From the NCBI GenBank assembly GCA_963755595.1, contig CAVWKP010000024.1:87525-151524 (forward strand): a stretch of DNA of 64,000 nt, given 5' to 3'. This document shows, in pieces, positions 1 through 10,036 of this stretch (its first letter is position 1; each line of letters starts with the position of its first letter). This stretch comes from an uncultured Alphaproteobacteria bacterium (GTDB taxonomy: Bacteria > Pseudomonadota > Alphaproteobacteria > Reyranellales > Reyranellaceae). Below the pieces are notes generated by a model. That model saw only the letters and a list, made by a program, of their open reading frames with translations, was not told the DNA's origin and ran no database searches. Both the position numbers and the translations under genes were made by a program.

Positions 1-433
1 GCCGGTGCCGATGGCTGGGCCGGCCTCGAAGCCAAGGAGCTGGTCGGCCTTGCTGGCGAGGTCACGGTGATCGACGCTTCGTCGACTCAATCGCCGGCCG
101 ACATCCCGCACATCGCCGGTCGGATCGTGGCGCTCGATGGAACTGACGGCTTGCAGTCGGTGACTGTGGAGGCGAACGGAACGCGGAAAAGCATTCCGGC
201 CAGCGCAGTGTTCGTCTATGTCGGCCAGTCTCCCGCTGCGGAATTCCTGCCAGAATCGCTTGCACGCGACGCCACGGGGCATATCGTTGTCGATGCCGAG
301 GGCCGCACTTCGGCGCCGACGGTGTTCGCCGTGGGCGACGTGCGGGCCGGAGCGCGGCAATATCTGTCGGACGCCATCGCCGACGGCCAGCGCGCCGCCC
401 AGGCCGTCAGTTGCGGCCCTAAAGAAGAGTTGA
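1..433 (+). CDS. Thioredoxin reductase-like FAD-dependent pyridine nucleotide-disulfide oxidoreductase, 5'-truncated by window edge
   Basis: C-terminal TrxB-type motifs VFVYVGQSP and TSAPTVFAVGDVR, plus AIADGQRAA. An indel near 410 probably shifts the true end to ...AALKKS* at 433 rather than the ORF-track end at 570. Confidence 0.7.
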
Positions 434-445
434 GGAGGACCCTCT

Positions 446-964
446 ATGCGCATTTACAATCCCACTTTCGGCGTTTCCGCCGCGGGCGGAGAGAAAGTGG
501 CGTTGAAGCCGGTCAACTGGAAGACCGACGCCATCGCCCTCGTCTCGAACTCCAAGCCGAACGCCCGTGAGCTGCTGGACGGCATCCGGAGCAAGCTGGG
601 CGCCTCGCGCCAGGTCGAGAACATCAAGTTCCTGGCCAAGAACAGCGCCAGCCAGCCGGCGCCGAAGGACCTGATCGAAGAGGTCGCCGCCAACTACAGA
701 GGAGCGCTTCTAGCGATAGCGGATTGAGGAAGCTGCTCATCGTGGAGTTTCCACGACAGCATCGAACTCGAGAAACGCGGCATTACGGCCTACGTAATCG
801 CCACTGAGACGTTCAAGCCGCTGGTGCTCGCCCAGGCCAAGGCCCGCAAGGTCGAGCCGCGGCTGATCGTGGTGAAGCATCCGATCGGCGGGCTGAACGC
901 CGACGAGCTCAGGGAACGCATCGAAGCAGCGACGAAGGGATTGTCCGAGGCAACCACGAAATGA
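446..964 (+). CDS. UGSC-family selenoprotein (in-frame TGA 725-727 read as selenocysteine), 172 aa
   Basis: The ORF 446-727 ends ...LLAIAD-TGA. The same frame continues GSCSSWSFHDSIELEKRGITAYVIATETF...HPIGGLNADELRERIEAATKGLSEATTK to TGA 962-964, which overlaps the next ATG (ATGA). The UxxC motif matches the UGSC family. Confidence 0.85.
728..752 (+). promoter_or_regulatory. Putative bacterial SECIS hairpin immediately 3' of the Sec codon
   Basis: GGAAGCT-GCTCATCGTGG-AGTTTCC forms a 7-bp stem (one G-U pair) starting at the first base after TGA. Confidence 0.55.
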
Positions 965-1998
965 AGGACATCGCCGAGCAGGAAGTGATCGACCTCGACG
1001 ACATGGACGTCGAGGCCTTCAACGAGTTCGCAACCCAGCAGGGCTGGAGCGACGGCATGCCGCTCTACATCCCGACCGAACAGAAGGTGGCGAAGTTCGT
1101 CGATACAGTTCGCGGCGACAATCGTCCCTTCTCGGGCGTGCCGCCGCGCCAGATCGTGCCGACCGTGCAGGCGCTGGCGGCGAACGCCGTCATGGCGGGC
1201 TGCAAGCCGGAATACTTTCCCGTGGTGACTGCGGCGCTGCGTGGCGTGCTCGATCCGGAATACAATCTCCATGGCACGCTCGCGACGACGCATTCGTGCG
1301 CGCCGATGGTCATGGTGAGCGGCCCGGTCCGCAAGGAGCTCAATATCAATTGCGGCTCCAACTGCTTCGGCCAGGGCTGGCAGGCCAATGCCACGATCGG
1401 CCGCGCGCTCGGCCTGATGCTGCTGAACGTCGCCGGCGCCAAGCCGGGCGAGATGGACCGCTCGACGCAGGGCAATCCAGCCAAGTTCACCTTCTGCTTC
1501 GGCGAGAACGAAGAAGACAATCCCTGGACGCCCTACCACGTACGGCGCGGCTTCGCCCCGACCGACAGCGTGGTGACGGTAATGTCGGGCGAAGGCCCAC
1601 ATAACCTGAACGACCACGGCTCGACCACCGGCGTCGGCCTGCTGACGACCTTTGCAGGCAGCATGGCCACTCCAGGTGCCAACACCGTCTACGGCAAGGG
1701 TCCGATGTTCGTCATCATCGGCCCCGAGCATGCCGCGACGCTGAAGCGCGACGGCTTCACAATCGAGGCGATCCAAGAGGAGCTGTTCAAGCGTGCGCGC
1801 GTGCACGCCTCGCGGATCTCGGAGGAAAACAAGGACACCTATATCAGCACCGGCCACAAGCCCGACGGTGACTGGTTCACGGTGGCTCGCACCCCGCAGG
1901 ATATCCACGTCACGGTGGCCGGCGGGCCGGGCAAGCACTCGGCGTTCATTCCCTCCTTCGGCGGCACGACCGTCGCCTCGGTCCGCATCGCCCGATGA
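961..1998 (+). CDS. Uncharacterised UGSC-associated protein (DGxP-motif family)
   Basis: 345 aa with GWSDGMPLYIPT, AVMAGCKPEYFPVV, ANATIGRAL, GNPAKFTFCFGENEE and VAGGPG motifs; translationally coupled to the UGSC gene. Confidence 0.75.
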   Translation: MKDIAEQEVIDLDDMDVEAFNEFATQQGWSDGMPLYIPTEQKVAKFVDTVRGDNRPFSGVPPRQIVPTVQALAANAVMAGCKPEYFPVVTAALRGVLDPEYNLHGTLATTHSCAPMVMVSGPVRKELNINCGSNCFGQGWQANATIGRALGLMLLNVAGAKPGEMDRSTQGNPAKFTFCFGENEEDNPWTPYHVRRGFAPTDSVVTVMSGEGPHNLNDHGSTTGVGLLTTFAGSMATPGANTVYGKGPMFVIIGPEHAATLKRDGFTIEAIQEELFKRARVHASRISEENKDTYISTGHKPDGDWFTVARTPQDIHVTVAGGPGKHSAFIPSFGGTTVASVRIAR

Positions 1999-2966
1999 CC
2001 GAGTGGTGCGGCTGGCCGGTCGTCAACGAGACGACCGCGTGGGAGGCCGCCCAGCAAATCCTGACCGACGCGGAATTATCAGACGGCCTGCCGCTGGTGC
2101 CGCCGACGAAGGCGCGCCTCGACGCCATGGTCTCGGGTATCGCCGATCGCACGCGCTCGCACGGACTGATGCCGCCGATGCTCGGCGACGTCACGCCCGA
2201 GGCGGTGGCCTACCAGTGCGTGATCGCGGGCGCGCGTCCGGCCGAGCTGCCGGTCGTGCTGGCGGCCGCCGAGGCAACCTTGGAAGCCGATTTCAACCTT
2301 TTGGGCATCGCCACGACCACCGGTACCGCCTGCGTGGCGCTCTGCGTACACGGACCGATCGCGCGCAAGCTCGAGGTCAATGCCGGCACCAATTGCCTTG
2401 GTCCCGGCACGCGCGCCAATGCCTGCATCGGTCGTGCCCTGCAGCTTTGCATCCGCAACATCGGCGGCGCACGTTCCGACACCGGCGACATGGCGACCAT
2501 GGGCCAGCCCGGCAAGTACACGCTCTGCTTCGCCGAGCGCAGTGACGGGCCCTTCCCCACGCTGACCGAGCGCCACGGCTTCAGCAAAGACGCGAGCGCA
2601 ATCACTGTCATGGGGATCTCGGGCACGGCCGAAGTCCTGCCAGGCGACGGTGAAGGCGCCACGCCCGAAGCGATCCTGTCGCCGATCGTGGCCGGAATGC
2701 GCGCGGCCATCGTCATGTCGGGCATCAGCCGCAAGAACGAACGCGGCGAGCAGGTCTTCCTGCTGCCGCTTGAGATGGCCGAGAAGATTGTGCGCCACGA
2801 CGGCTGGGATATCGCCCGAGTGCAGCGCTATGTGTTCGACGAAGGCCAGGGCGTCGCACGCTCGCCCGAATCGATCCATCCCATCGTCACTGGCGGCGCC
2901 GGCTACAAGATGAGTTACCTGCCGATCTGGGGCGGCGGCTCGCAGATGGTAATGCGCCGGCTCTAG
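1995..2966 (+). CDS. Paralog of the preceding UGSC-associated protein
   Basis: SDGLPLVPPT, RANACIGRAL, GQPGKYTLCFAE and VTGGAG motifs align with 961-1998; ATGA overlap. Confidence 0.75.
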   Translation: MTEWCGWPVVNETTAWEAAQQILTDAELSDGLPLVPPTKARLDAMVSGIADRTRSHGLMPPMLGDVTPEAVAYQCVIAGARPAELPVVLAAAEATLEADFNLLGIATTTGTACVALCVHGPIARKLEVNAGTNCLGPGTRANACIGRALQLCIRNIGGARSDTGDMATMGQPGKYTLCFAERSDGPFPTLTERHGFSKDASAITVMGISGTAEVLPGDGEGATPEAILSPIVAGMRAAIVMSGISRKNERGEQVFLLPLEMAEKIVRHDGWDIARVQRYVFDEGQGVARSPESIHPIVTGGAGYKMSYLPIWGGGSQMVMRRL

Positions 2967-3018
2967 TCGGTTTGCGAGAACCGCATCCTTCGCTTGGCCC
3001 CATCCAGCCGGCGCCTGC

Positions 3019-4074
3019 TCAGTTCCGCCAGCGTCCGAGGTTGGCGGCAACGAAGGCGTCATCATGCAGCTCAGGATAGGTGGCATAGAGACGGTCGATG
3101 CCCTCGCTCTGGCCTGGGCTCAGCTTCTCGTTCGGGTCTAGGCATTCGACCGAGGTCATCAGCCCTTGTCGCCGCAGGATCTCGTGGCAGCCCGGTATAC
3201 AGCCGGCGAAGTCATGATCGACGTCGAACACCACCGAATTGCAGTCCGTGACAAATGAATCAAGCGCCAGGATCTCCGGCGGGATGGCGCCGGCCGAGAC
3301 CGAGAGCTTCAGCCGCTCCAACATCTTCACCGCGCCGCGCGTCCACACGCTCCAATGGCCGAGCAGGCCGCCCTGGAAGCGCAGCGTCACGTCGCGATTG
3401 CCGGCGCGCACTACCATCGGCGTCACCAGGTCGGCGACGATGTGGTCGTCATTGCCGGTATAGAGCGTGATGCGGTCCTCGGCCTGCGCCTCGACGATGC
3501 CGACCGCGACATCGAGGGTGCGGTAGCGGTTGAACGGCGCCACCTTGATCGCCACGACATTGTCGATGGCCGCGAACCGCGCCCAGAAGGCGCGCGACAG
3601 GGCGATGCCGCCCACCGCCGTCTGCAAGTAGAAGCCGACCAGCGGCATCTCCCTGGCGACGGCCGCGCAGTGCTCGATCAGCTCGTCTTCGCTCGCGCCC
3701 TTGAGGGCTGCGAGCGACAGCAGCACGGCGTGATAGCCCAGCGCCCGCGCCGTCTTCGCCTCCTCGACCGCCTGTGCCGTCTTGCCGACCGCGCCTGCAA
3801 TCATGACCAGCGGCCGGTCGGTCCACTCGCGCGCCGTTTCGATCGCGAGTTCGAGCACCGGCCGGTAGAGCCCGACCTCGCGGATGGCGAATTGCGTCGA
3901 ATGCACGCCGACGGCCAGGCCCCCCGACCCGGCATCGAGGTAGTAGCGGCTGATGGCGCGCTGCGATTGCTTGTCGAACTGGCGATCCGGGCCGAGCGCC
4001 AGCGGATGCGCCGGGATCACGGCACCGCGGCGCAAGGTCGAGAGGACCGGCTGAGGCAGTTCGTTCCAATGCAT
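3019..4074 (-). CDS. Dihydrodipicolinate synthase (DapA)-like aldolase/dehydratase
   Basis: GGLAVGVHSTQF, GFYLQ and AIKVAPF (Schiff-base Lys) motifs. Confidence 0.8.
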   Translation of the reverse strand: MHWNELPQPVLSTLRRGAVIPAHPLALGPDRQFDKQSQRAISRYYLDAGSGGLAVGVHSTQFAIREVGLYRPVLELAIETAREWTDRPLVMIAGAVGKTAQAVEEAKTARALGYHAVLLSLAALKGASEDELIEHCAAVAREMPLVGFYLQTAVGGIALSRAFWARFAAIDNVVAIKVAPFNRYRTLDVAVGIVEAQAEDRITLYTGNDDHIVADLVTPMVVRAGNRDVTLRFQGGLLGHWSVWTRGAVKMLERLKLSVSAGAIPPEILALDSFVTDCNSVVFDVDHDFAGCIPGCHEILRRQGLMTSVECLDPNEKLSPGQSEGIDRLYATYPELHDDAFVAANLGRWRN

Positions 4075-4092
4075 GGCCAATTCTATCCTAGT

Positions 4093-4924
4093 TCAGGCCC
4101 GGCGAGAGCAAAGAGATGGCTGGGATCGTCCAGACCGGGCGCGCTGCCGAGCGTCATCCGCATGTAGCCACGCGGGCTCACCGCGCCTTGCTGCTCCAGC
4201 CAGCGGCGGATTTCGGCATGCGCGTCGGGCACATCGATGATGAACGGGGCCGGGGACCGATGCAGCCGCCTTGGCGATCAATGCCAGGCCGGTCGTTTCG
4301 TCGTCGGCGACGACCGGGCCGATCGAACTTGCGGCCCGCCCTTCCCGTCCCATCACGTATCCCGCTAGACGTCCCGCGGACTCCGCGACCCAGGCGGCAT
4401 TCGGTTGCCTGTCGGCAAGATGCGTCAACAAAGACGGCCGGTCCATGCCGCTCAGCGCGCGGTCGTAGGCGATGACCGCGGGCAAATCGGATGGCGCCAA
4501 AGGGCGAAGCGCGATACTCGACGGCGAGTTCCTCACGCCGTCGAAATGCCAGCGCGCGATCTTGTACAGATCGCGAAAGCCCAGCGGCAGGTAGATCGGC
4601 CGGCCTTGCTCCGTCGCATCGAGGCCGGCGACGGCGCCGCTCTCTTGCACTTCGGCGATGCAACGATTGAGGAGACGGCTGCCGACACCACTGCGACGCC
4701 GCGCCTTCGTTACCAGCACCATGCTGATCCAGGCGAGTTCGTCGCCCAACGGCAGGACCAGGGAACTCGCTTCCCATCTGCCGTCCGACCCACGACAGCC
4801 AAAGCCGCGGCCCGCGCCCAGCATGAAACGCCAGTCTGCCGACGTTCTGATTCCAGCCGGCTTCGATGGAGAGCGGCCACACGGCCTCACATTGATCAGC
4901 GGTTATCGCCTCAATATTTCCCAT
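4093..4924 (-). CDS. GNAT family N-acetyltransferase (YitH-like), frameshifted
   Basis: Joined frames give EAGWNQ, WISMVLV...RRSGVGSRLL and LDATEQGRPIYLPLGF. Confidence 0.7.
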
Positions 4925-5948
4925 CGCGCACCTCGTAGTGCGTGGGCTTGTTGAGGGTGGCCATGTCGCGGCTGAGCCAGTCCGCGGTCCATTCGATCAT
5001 CTTCGCCAGAGGCACGCTGGGCGGGCCGAACTCCTTCACCATGCGAGCGGCATTGTTCAGCCAGCCGGTCGGCGCCGGCGTGCCGGTGAGCTTGGGCGTC
5101 TTGCCGAAAAGCCTGCCGAACTCGCCGGCCAGCCAACTCACCTCGATGGTCTCCGGACCCGTGACGTTGATCGGCGTGGTCGGCTTGGTGGCGTGAGCCA
5201 GGCAACGCAATGCCACGGTATTCGCGTCGCCCTGCCAGATCACATTTACATGCCCCATGGCCAAATCGATTGCCTCGCCGTCGCGCACCTTGCGGCCAAC
5301 GTCGTGCAGCACGCCGTAGCGCATGTCGATCGCGTAGTTCAGCCGGAACAGCCGGCCAGGCGTGCCGTGCTGCGCGGAGAAATACTCGAACATGCGCTCG
5401 CGCCCGACGCAGGACGTGGCGTAGTCGCCGGGCGGTGGCACGGGGTCGACATCCTCGGTGGCGCCGCCACTCTCGACCGGCACGAAGGGGTAAACGCAGC
5501 CGGTCGAGAAGGCCACGATACGTGAGGCCTTGAATGCCTCCGCGACCATGGCCGGCACCTGCACGTTCATCGCCCAGGTGAGCGGCACGTTGCCCGTGGC
5601 GCCGAACTTGCGGCCGGCCATGAACACGACGTTGGCGGCTTTGGGCAGGCGCCCGAGCGCGTCGCGATCGAGCAGGTCGGCCGACACGGCCTCGACGCCC
5701 GAGCGCGCCAGCGCCTCGCGCACGCCGGGCTCGCTGAAGCGCGCGACGCCGATCACGCGCTTGCCGAGCGGCGCCGCGCGCTTGGCCAGCCGCGCGAGCG
5801 TCGGGCCCATCTTGCCGCCGACGCCCAGCACCAGAATGTCACCCTGCAGAGTCTTGAGGTCGGCCACCAGCGCGGGCGATGGCGTCGTCATGAAGTCCTC
5901 GAGCGCCTCGACGCTATCAAAGCGCTGAGGCAATGCGGCCTGGCTCAT
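4911..5948 (-). CDS. NAD-dependent epimerase/dehydratase
   Basis: Rossmann motif LVLGVGGKMG, MAGRKFG and FSTGCVY. Confidence 0.8.
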   Translation of the reverse strand: MSQAALPQRFDSVEALEDFMTTPSPALVADLKTLQGDILVLGVGGKMGPTLARLAKRAAPLGKRVIGVARFSEPGVREALARSGVEAVSADLLDRDALGRLPKAANVVFMAGRKFGATGNVPLTWAMNVQVPAMVAEAFKASRIVAFSTGCVYPFVPVESGGATEDVDPVPPPGDYATSCVGRERMFEYFSAQHGTPGRLFRLNYAIDMRYGVLHDVGRKVRDGEAIDLAMGHVNVIWQGDANTVALRCLAHATKPTTPINVTGPETIEVSWLAGEFGRLFGKTPKLTGTPAPTGWLNNAARMVKEFGPPSVPLAKMIEWTADWLSRDMATLNKPTHYEVRDGKY

Positions 5949-7369
5949 GCCGTCACTCCCATCGTGCCTCTTGCTGTCCTGGGCGTCATCGCGCGGAAAT
6001 CCATCTCGGCGCCGACGGCGAAGCCTGGTACTGCGAGCGAGCCCAAGGCGATCTTGCCGCCGGCCGCCTTCAGCCGCGCCGGATGGCCTTCAGTCTTTCC
6101 GTAGAGGTCGGGATGCGCGCGCACGAAGGCCCGCTGCTCAAACTCGGAGGCGAAGGACATGCCGTCGACGAAATGGTGGGCGTTGCGCTCGACGTGCGTC
6201 ATGCCGAGCAGCGACACCAGGGCAAGATCCTGCTGCACGCTGACACCGGGCAAGGTCGTGAGATCTTCGGCCGACATGAAGTAGCCCGGCCCGAGGCGCG
6301 CGACGCGCGAGGCGTTGAGGATCGACTTGTAGAAGCCCTTGCAGTTTTTGCTCGACACGCCGACATAGCCGAGTTCCAACGCCGTCGGGAAGGACGACAG
6401 CTCGGCGTCCAATTCGTCGATGATCACCGGCCGGAGCTTGGCCAGCGGCTCGACCGAACGGCTGAGCGCCACGGCGCGCTTGATTGGCTGCTCGATGAAC
6501 AGCGTCGACTGCACCAGGCGCGCGAGCCTGGGCTCCTCCACGACCTTGCGCCAGAGTTCAACGATGCCCTCGACGTCGTCATACTGCTCGTTGCCGTCGA
6601 GCGTGGCTCGATAGTCGGGCAGCCGGGCATCGAGGACGGAGGCGATGCGGGTCAGCCGCTCGAGGTCGGCCTTGATGTCGCCCGCGACCTTCAGCTTGTA
6701 GTAGCGACCGCGATAGTAGGAGACGACCTCCTCGAGCGTCTCCGGCAGGCCGTCATTGATCCGCTCCATCGGCGTGCGGTCACCCGCCGTCAAAGGGTCG
6801 ACCAAGCCGACCGTGTGGCGCAGCTCGATCGAGGACTGAGGCTTCAGCGCTGCGAGGAAGGCCGCGAGCTCGAGCTGGTCAATGTCGGGTGTCAGCTCGG
6901 TCGCCGTGATGCGCGGCACATTCTGGGCGATCATCTGGGCGAAGGAGTTGCCGGTCGCCTTGCCCAGAGCATCGAGGATGGCGCGATCGAGCAGCGCCGG
7001 CCCGTAAGACGCGACCAGCGGATTGAGGCGGAGCGCAGCGCCCTTCTTCTGCTGCTCGCGGTAGGTGCCGGTGAACAGGCCGAACGGCGTTGCCCGGCCG
7101 AAGGCCTTGTAGAGGCCGATGGCGATGTCGAGCGACTGGCGGAGCTGGTCGAGGTTCTGGGCGTCGGTGAATTCCGGGCTCTTCTCGAACCACTTGGCAG
7201 CCAGCGCCTCGGCGGCGACGCCCTGGCAGCTGCGGCCGTCGGGCAGCGAGATGCGTACGCGGATCACCGCCTGGATGCCCTCGGTCACGGTGATCACGCC
7301 GAAGCGGAAGGCGAGCCGCATGGTCATCGGCCGCTCGTAGCGCTCGACCTCCTCCAGCTTGACCTTCAT
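5945..7369 (-). CDS. Enolase-superfamily (mandelate racemase-like) protein
   Basis: YKLKV, LDGNEQY, FIEQP and IIDE metal-ligand motifs. Confidence 0.7.
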   Translation of the reverse strand: MKVKLEEVERYERPMTMRLAFRFGVITVTEGIQAVIRVRISLPDGRSCQGVAAEALAAKWFEKSPEFTDAQNLDQLRQSLDIAIGLYKAFGRATPFGLFTGTYREQQKKGAALRLNPLVASYGPALLDRAILDALGKATGNSFAQMIAQNVPRITATELTPDIDQLELAAFLAALKPQSSIELRHTVGLVDPLTAGDRTPMERINDGLPETLEEVVSYYRGRYYKLKVAGDIKADLERLTRIASVLDARLPDYRATLDGNEQYDDVEGIVELWRKVVEEPRLARLVQSTLFIEQPIKRAVALSRSVEPLAKLRPVIIDELDAELSSFPTALELGYVGVSSKNCKGFYKSILNASRVARLGPGYFMSAEDLTTLPGVSVQQDLALVSLLGMTHVERNAHHFVDGMSFASEFEQRAFVRAHPDLYGKTEGHPARLKAAGGKIALGSLAVPGFAVGAEMDFRAMTPRTARGTMGVTA

Positions 7370-8181
7370 GCGCGCTCCAGCAGACCCGACACGTAGCCGA
7401 TCATGCGGGCCGCACAGGTCGGCCCGTCGGGCTCGTAGATGAAAGGCTCCATCGCCACCCAGCCGGCATAGCCGGTTTCGGCGAGCGCCTGAAGGACGGG
7501 GCCGAACTTATCGTCGCCCTCCCCTGGGCCGCGCCGGTTACGGTCGTTGAGCTGGATATGGGCCATCAGGCCGGTCGGCATCCAGCGCCGGATGAGGTCG
7601 GCCAGCGGCTCGGCCTCCATCTTGCCTGCCGCCGACGTATCAACCATCGACTTGAAAGCGGGGTTGCCGATGCGCTGCACGACGGCGGAGGCCTCAGCGA
7701 TCGTATTGATGAAGTTGCATTCCGGCGTCGACAGCGCCTCCAGGCAATAGACGACGCCCGCTTTCTGCGCTGCTGCCGCTGCGATCGTCCAGGCCTCCTC
7801 GGCGCGCTTGGCGTCGGCCGGACGCTCGACCTGACGCTGCGCCGGCGAGCCGTGCACCAGGTAGACGCCGCCTAGTTCAGCGCAAAGATCGACTGAGGCG
7901 ACGAGCACATCGACGCTCTTCTGCCAGACGGCACGATCGGACGTGGTGATGGAGAGGCCTGCGGGCGCCGCGAGCAGCCAATGCAGGCCGCTCACCTCGA
8001 GGCCGGCATCTGAGCAGATCCGGCGGACTTCACGGCGCTTGGCCGCCGGCATGCGCCAGCCGTCGTCGCCGAAAGTGAACGGTGCGAGCTCGAGGCCACG
8101 ATAGCCGAGCTTTGCCGCGAGCATGCATTGCCGCTCGAAGGGAAGCTCGCGGATCACTTCATTGCACAAGGAAAGCTTCAC
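7366..8181 (-). CDS. Sugar phosphate isomerase/epimerase (xylose isomerase-like TIM barrel)
   Basis: GLELAPF, VHGSP, CLEAL, HIQLND and AMEPF motifs. Confidence 0.8.
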   Translation of the reverse strand: MKLSLCNEVIRELPFERQCMLAAKLGYRGLELAPFTFGDDGWRMPAAKRREVRRICSDAGLEVSGLHWLLAAPAGLSITTSDRAVWQKSVDVLVASVDLCAELGGVYLVHGSPAQRQVERPADAKRAEEAWTIAAAAAQKAGVVYCLEALSTPECNFINTIAEASAVVQRIGNPAFKSMVDTSAAGKMEAEPLADLIRRWMPTGLMAHIQLNDRNRRGPGEGDDKFGPVLQALAETGYAGWVAMEPFIYEPDGPTCAARMIGYVSGLLERA

Positions 8182-8254
8182 CGCGGAGCCTCGTCTTGAC
8201 GGCCAATCGGGCCTTCGTCAGTCTCGCTGAAATGTGGGGCAAATTATCACGAAA

Positions 8255-9012
8255 ATGAAGGCATTAAGTCGCCAGTACTGGCCGACGGTCGCGCTGTTCA
8301 TTGCACTCTTGGCCGCCTGGCAGATGGCCGTGAGCTTCGGCGGCATTCGCGAATATCTCCTGCCTTCCCCGCTCTCGGTGTGGAACTCGCTGTGGCATGG
8401 CGAGGTCGACTGGACGCAGCATCTCTGGGTCACGACTTGGGAGATTGTCGGCGCCTTCCTGATGGCAGGCGCGGTCGGCGTGGCACTGGGCGTCGCCATC
8501 GCCTGGTCGCCGCTGCTCGCCAATGCGCTGGTGCCGTTCCTGGTGTTCGTGAACACGCTGCCCAAGGTGGCAATCGCCCCGCTGTTCCTGATCTGGATGG
8601 GCTACGGCATCTTCCCCAACATGCTGATGGGGGCGCTGATCGGCTTCTTCCCGGTGGTGATCAACACCGCCGTCGGCTTGAGCCAGGTCGAGGCGGACAT
8701 GCTCGATCTCGGCCGCGTGTTCAACGCGCCGAAATGGAAGATCTTCGCCAAGATCCGTATCCCCAACGCGCTGCCCTACATCCTGAGCGCGCTCAAGATC
8801 ACCGCGACGGCCGCGGTGGTCGGCGCGATCGTGGGCGAGTTCGTCGCCTCACAGAGGGCCTGGGCTTCGTCATCGTCACCACGCAGAGCAGCATGAACAC
8901 CGGCGTGGCGTTTGCCGCGCTGATCTGGATTTCCGTGGTCGGGCTGCTGCTCTATGGCGCCGTCGTGCTGCTGGCGCATCTCTGGGCGCCGTGGGCCGAA
9001 GGCATCGAATAA
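8255..9012 (+). CDS. NitT/TauT-family ABC transporter permease (frameshift near 8860)
   Basis: LPKVAIAPLF, IPNALPY and VGAIVGEFV; C-terminus GLGFVIV...WAEGIE lies in the other frame. Confidence 0.8.
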
Positions 9013-9024
9013 GGGAGACATGTC

Positions 9025-10016
9025 ATGAATCGCACATTGTCACTGGCGCTCGCCGCCCTGCTTGCGTCGGCGGGCGGCGCCGCTGCGCAGGAGAAGTTCA
9101 CCTTTGCGCTCAACTGGTTCGCCGTTGGCGACCATGCCGCCTACTGGGTGGCGCTGGACAAGGGCTACTACAAGGCGAAGGGCCTCGACGTCACACTCGA
9201 GAATTCCAAGGGCTCGGGCGACTCAATCGCCAAAGTCGATACCGGCCGCGCCGATGCAGGCCTTGCTGACGCGGCCGTGGTCATCGCCTCCAATGCGCGC
9301 GGCACGACGGTCAAGACCGTCGGCATGGTGTTCGACAAGACGCCGCTCAACATCTTCAGCCTCAAGAGCAAGCCGCTGACCAAACCCAAGGACCTCGAAG
9401 GCATGACACTGGGGGCGCCTCCGGGCGATGCGCAGCGCCAGATGTTCCCGGCCTTCGCCAAGGTGACCGGCATCGACGCCGGCAAGGTCACCTGGGTGAA
9501 CATCGAGCCCGCCGCCAAGATCGCCGCGGTCGCCGAGAAGCGCATGGACGGGGTCGGCGACTACAACACCGGCCTGCCGCTCTACGAAAAGGCGGCCGGC
9601 AAGGGCAACGTGATGATGATGCCGTGGGCCGATTTCGGCTTCGACATGTACTCGATGTCGATCATGGCCAGCGAAAAGACCATGAAGGAGCAAGCCGAAG
9701 CAGCTGAAGGCCTTCCTCGAAGCCTCCTACATGGGCTGGCGCGACGTCATGGCCGATCCCGAACGCCGCCATGGTGATCTTCAAGAAGCGCGTGCCGGAG
9801 ATCGACGTCGAAACGGTGCTGAGCGCCAACATGATGATCGGGCTCGGGCTGATGAAGACCGAGCAATATGCCAAGAACGGCATCGGCTCGATCGACGACA
9901 AGAAGATGTGCGCCTCGGTCGACCTGGTGAACAGCTACATGGGCCTGCCCAAGAAGGTCGACTGCAAGGACGTCTACACCAAGGACTTCTACACCAAGGT
10001 CGAGATGCCGAAGTAA
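9025..10016 (+). CDS. NMT1/THI5-like ABC substrate-binding protein (frameshifted ~9700-9770)
   Basis: Signal peptide and ALNWFAVGDHAAYWVALDKGYY; the C-terminus is ORF 9771-10016. Confidence 0.8.
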
Positions 10017-10036
10017 GACTTCGTGGCCCAGTAATT

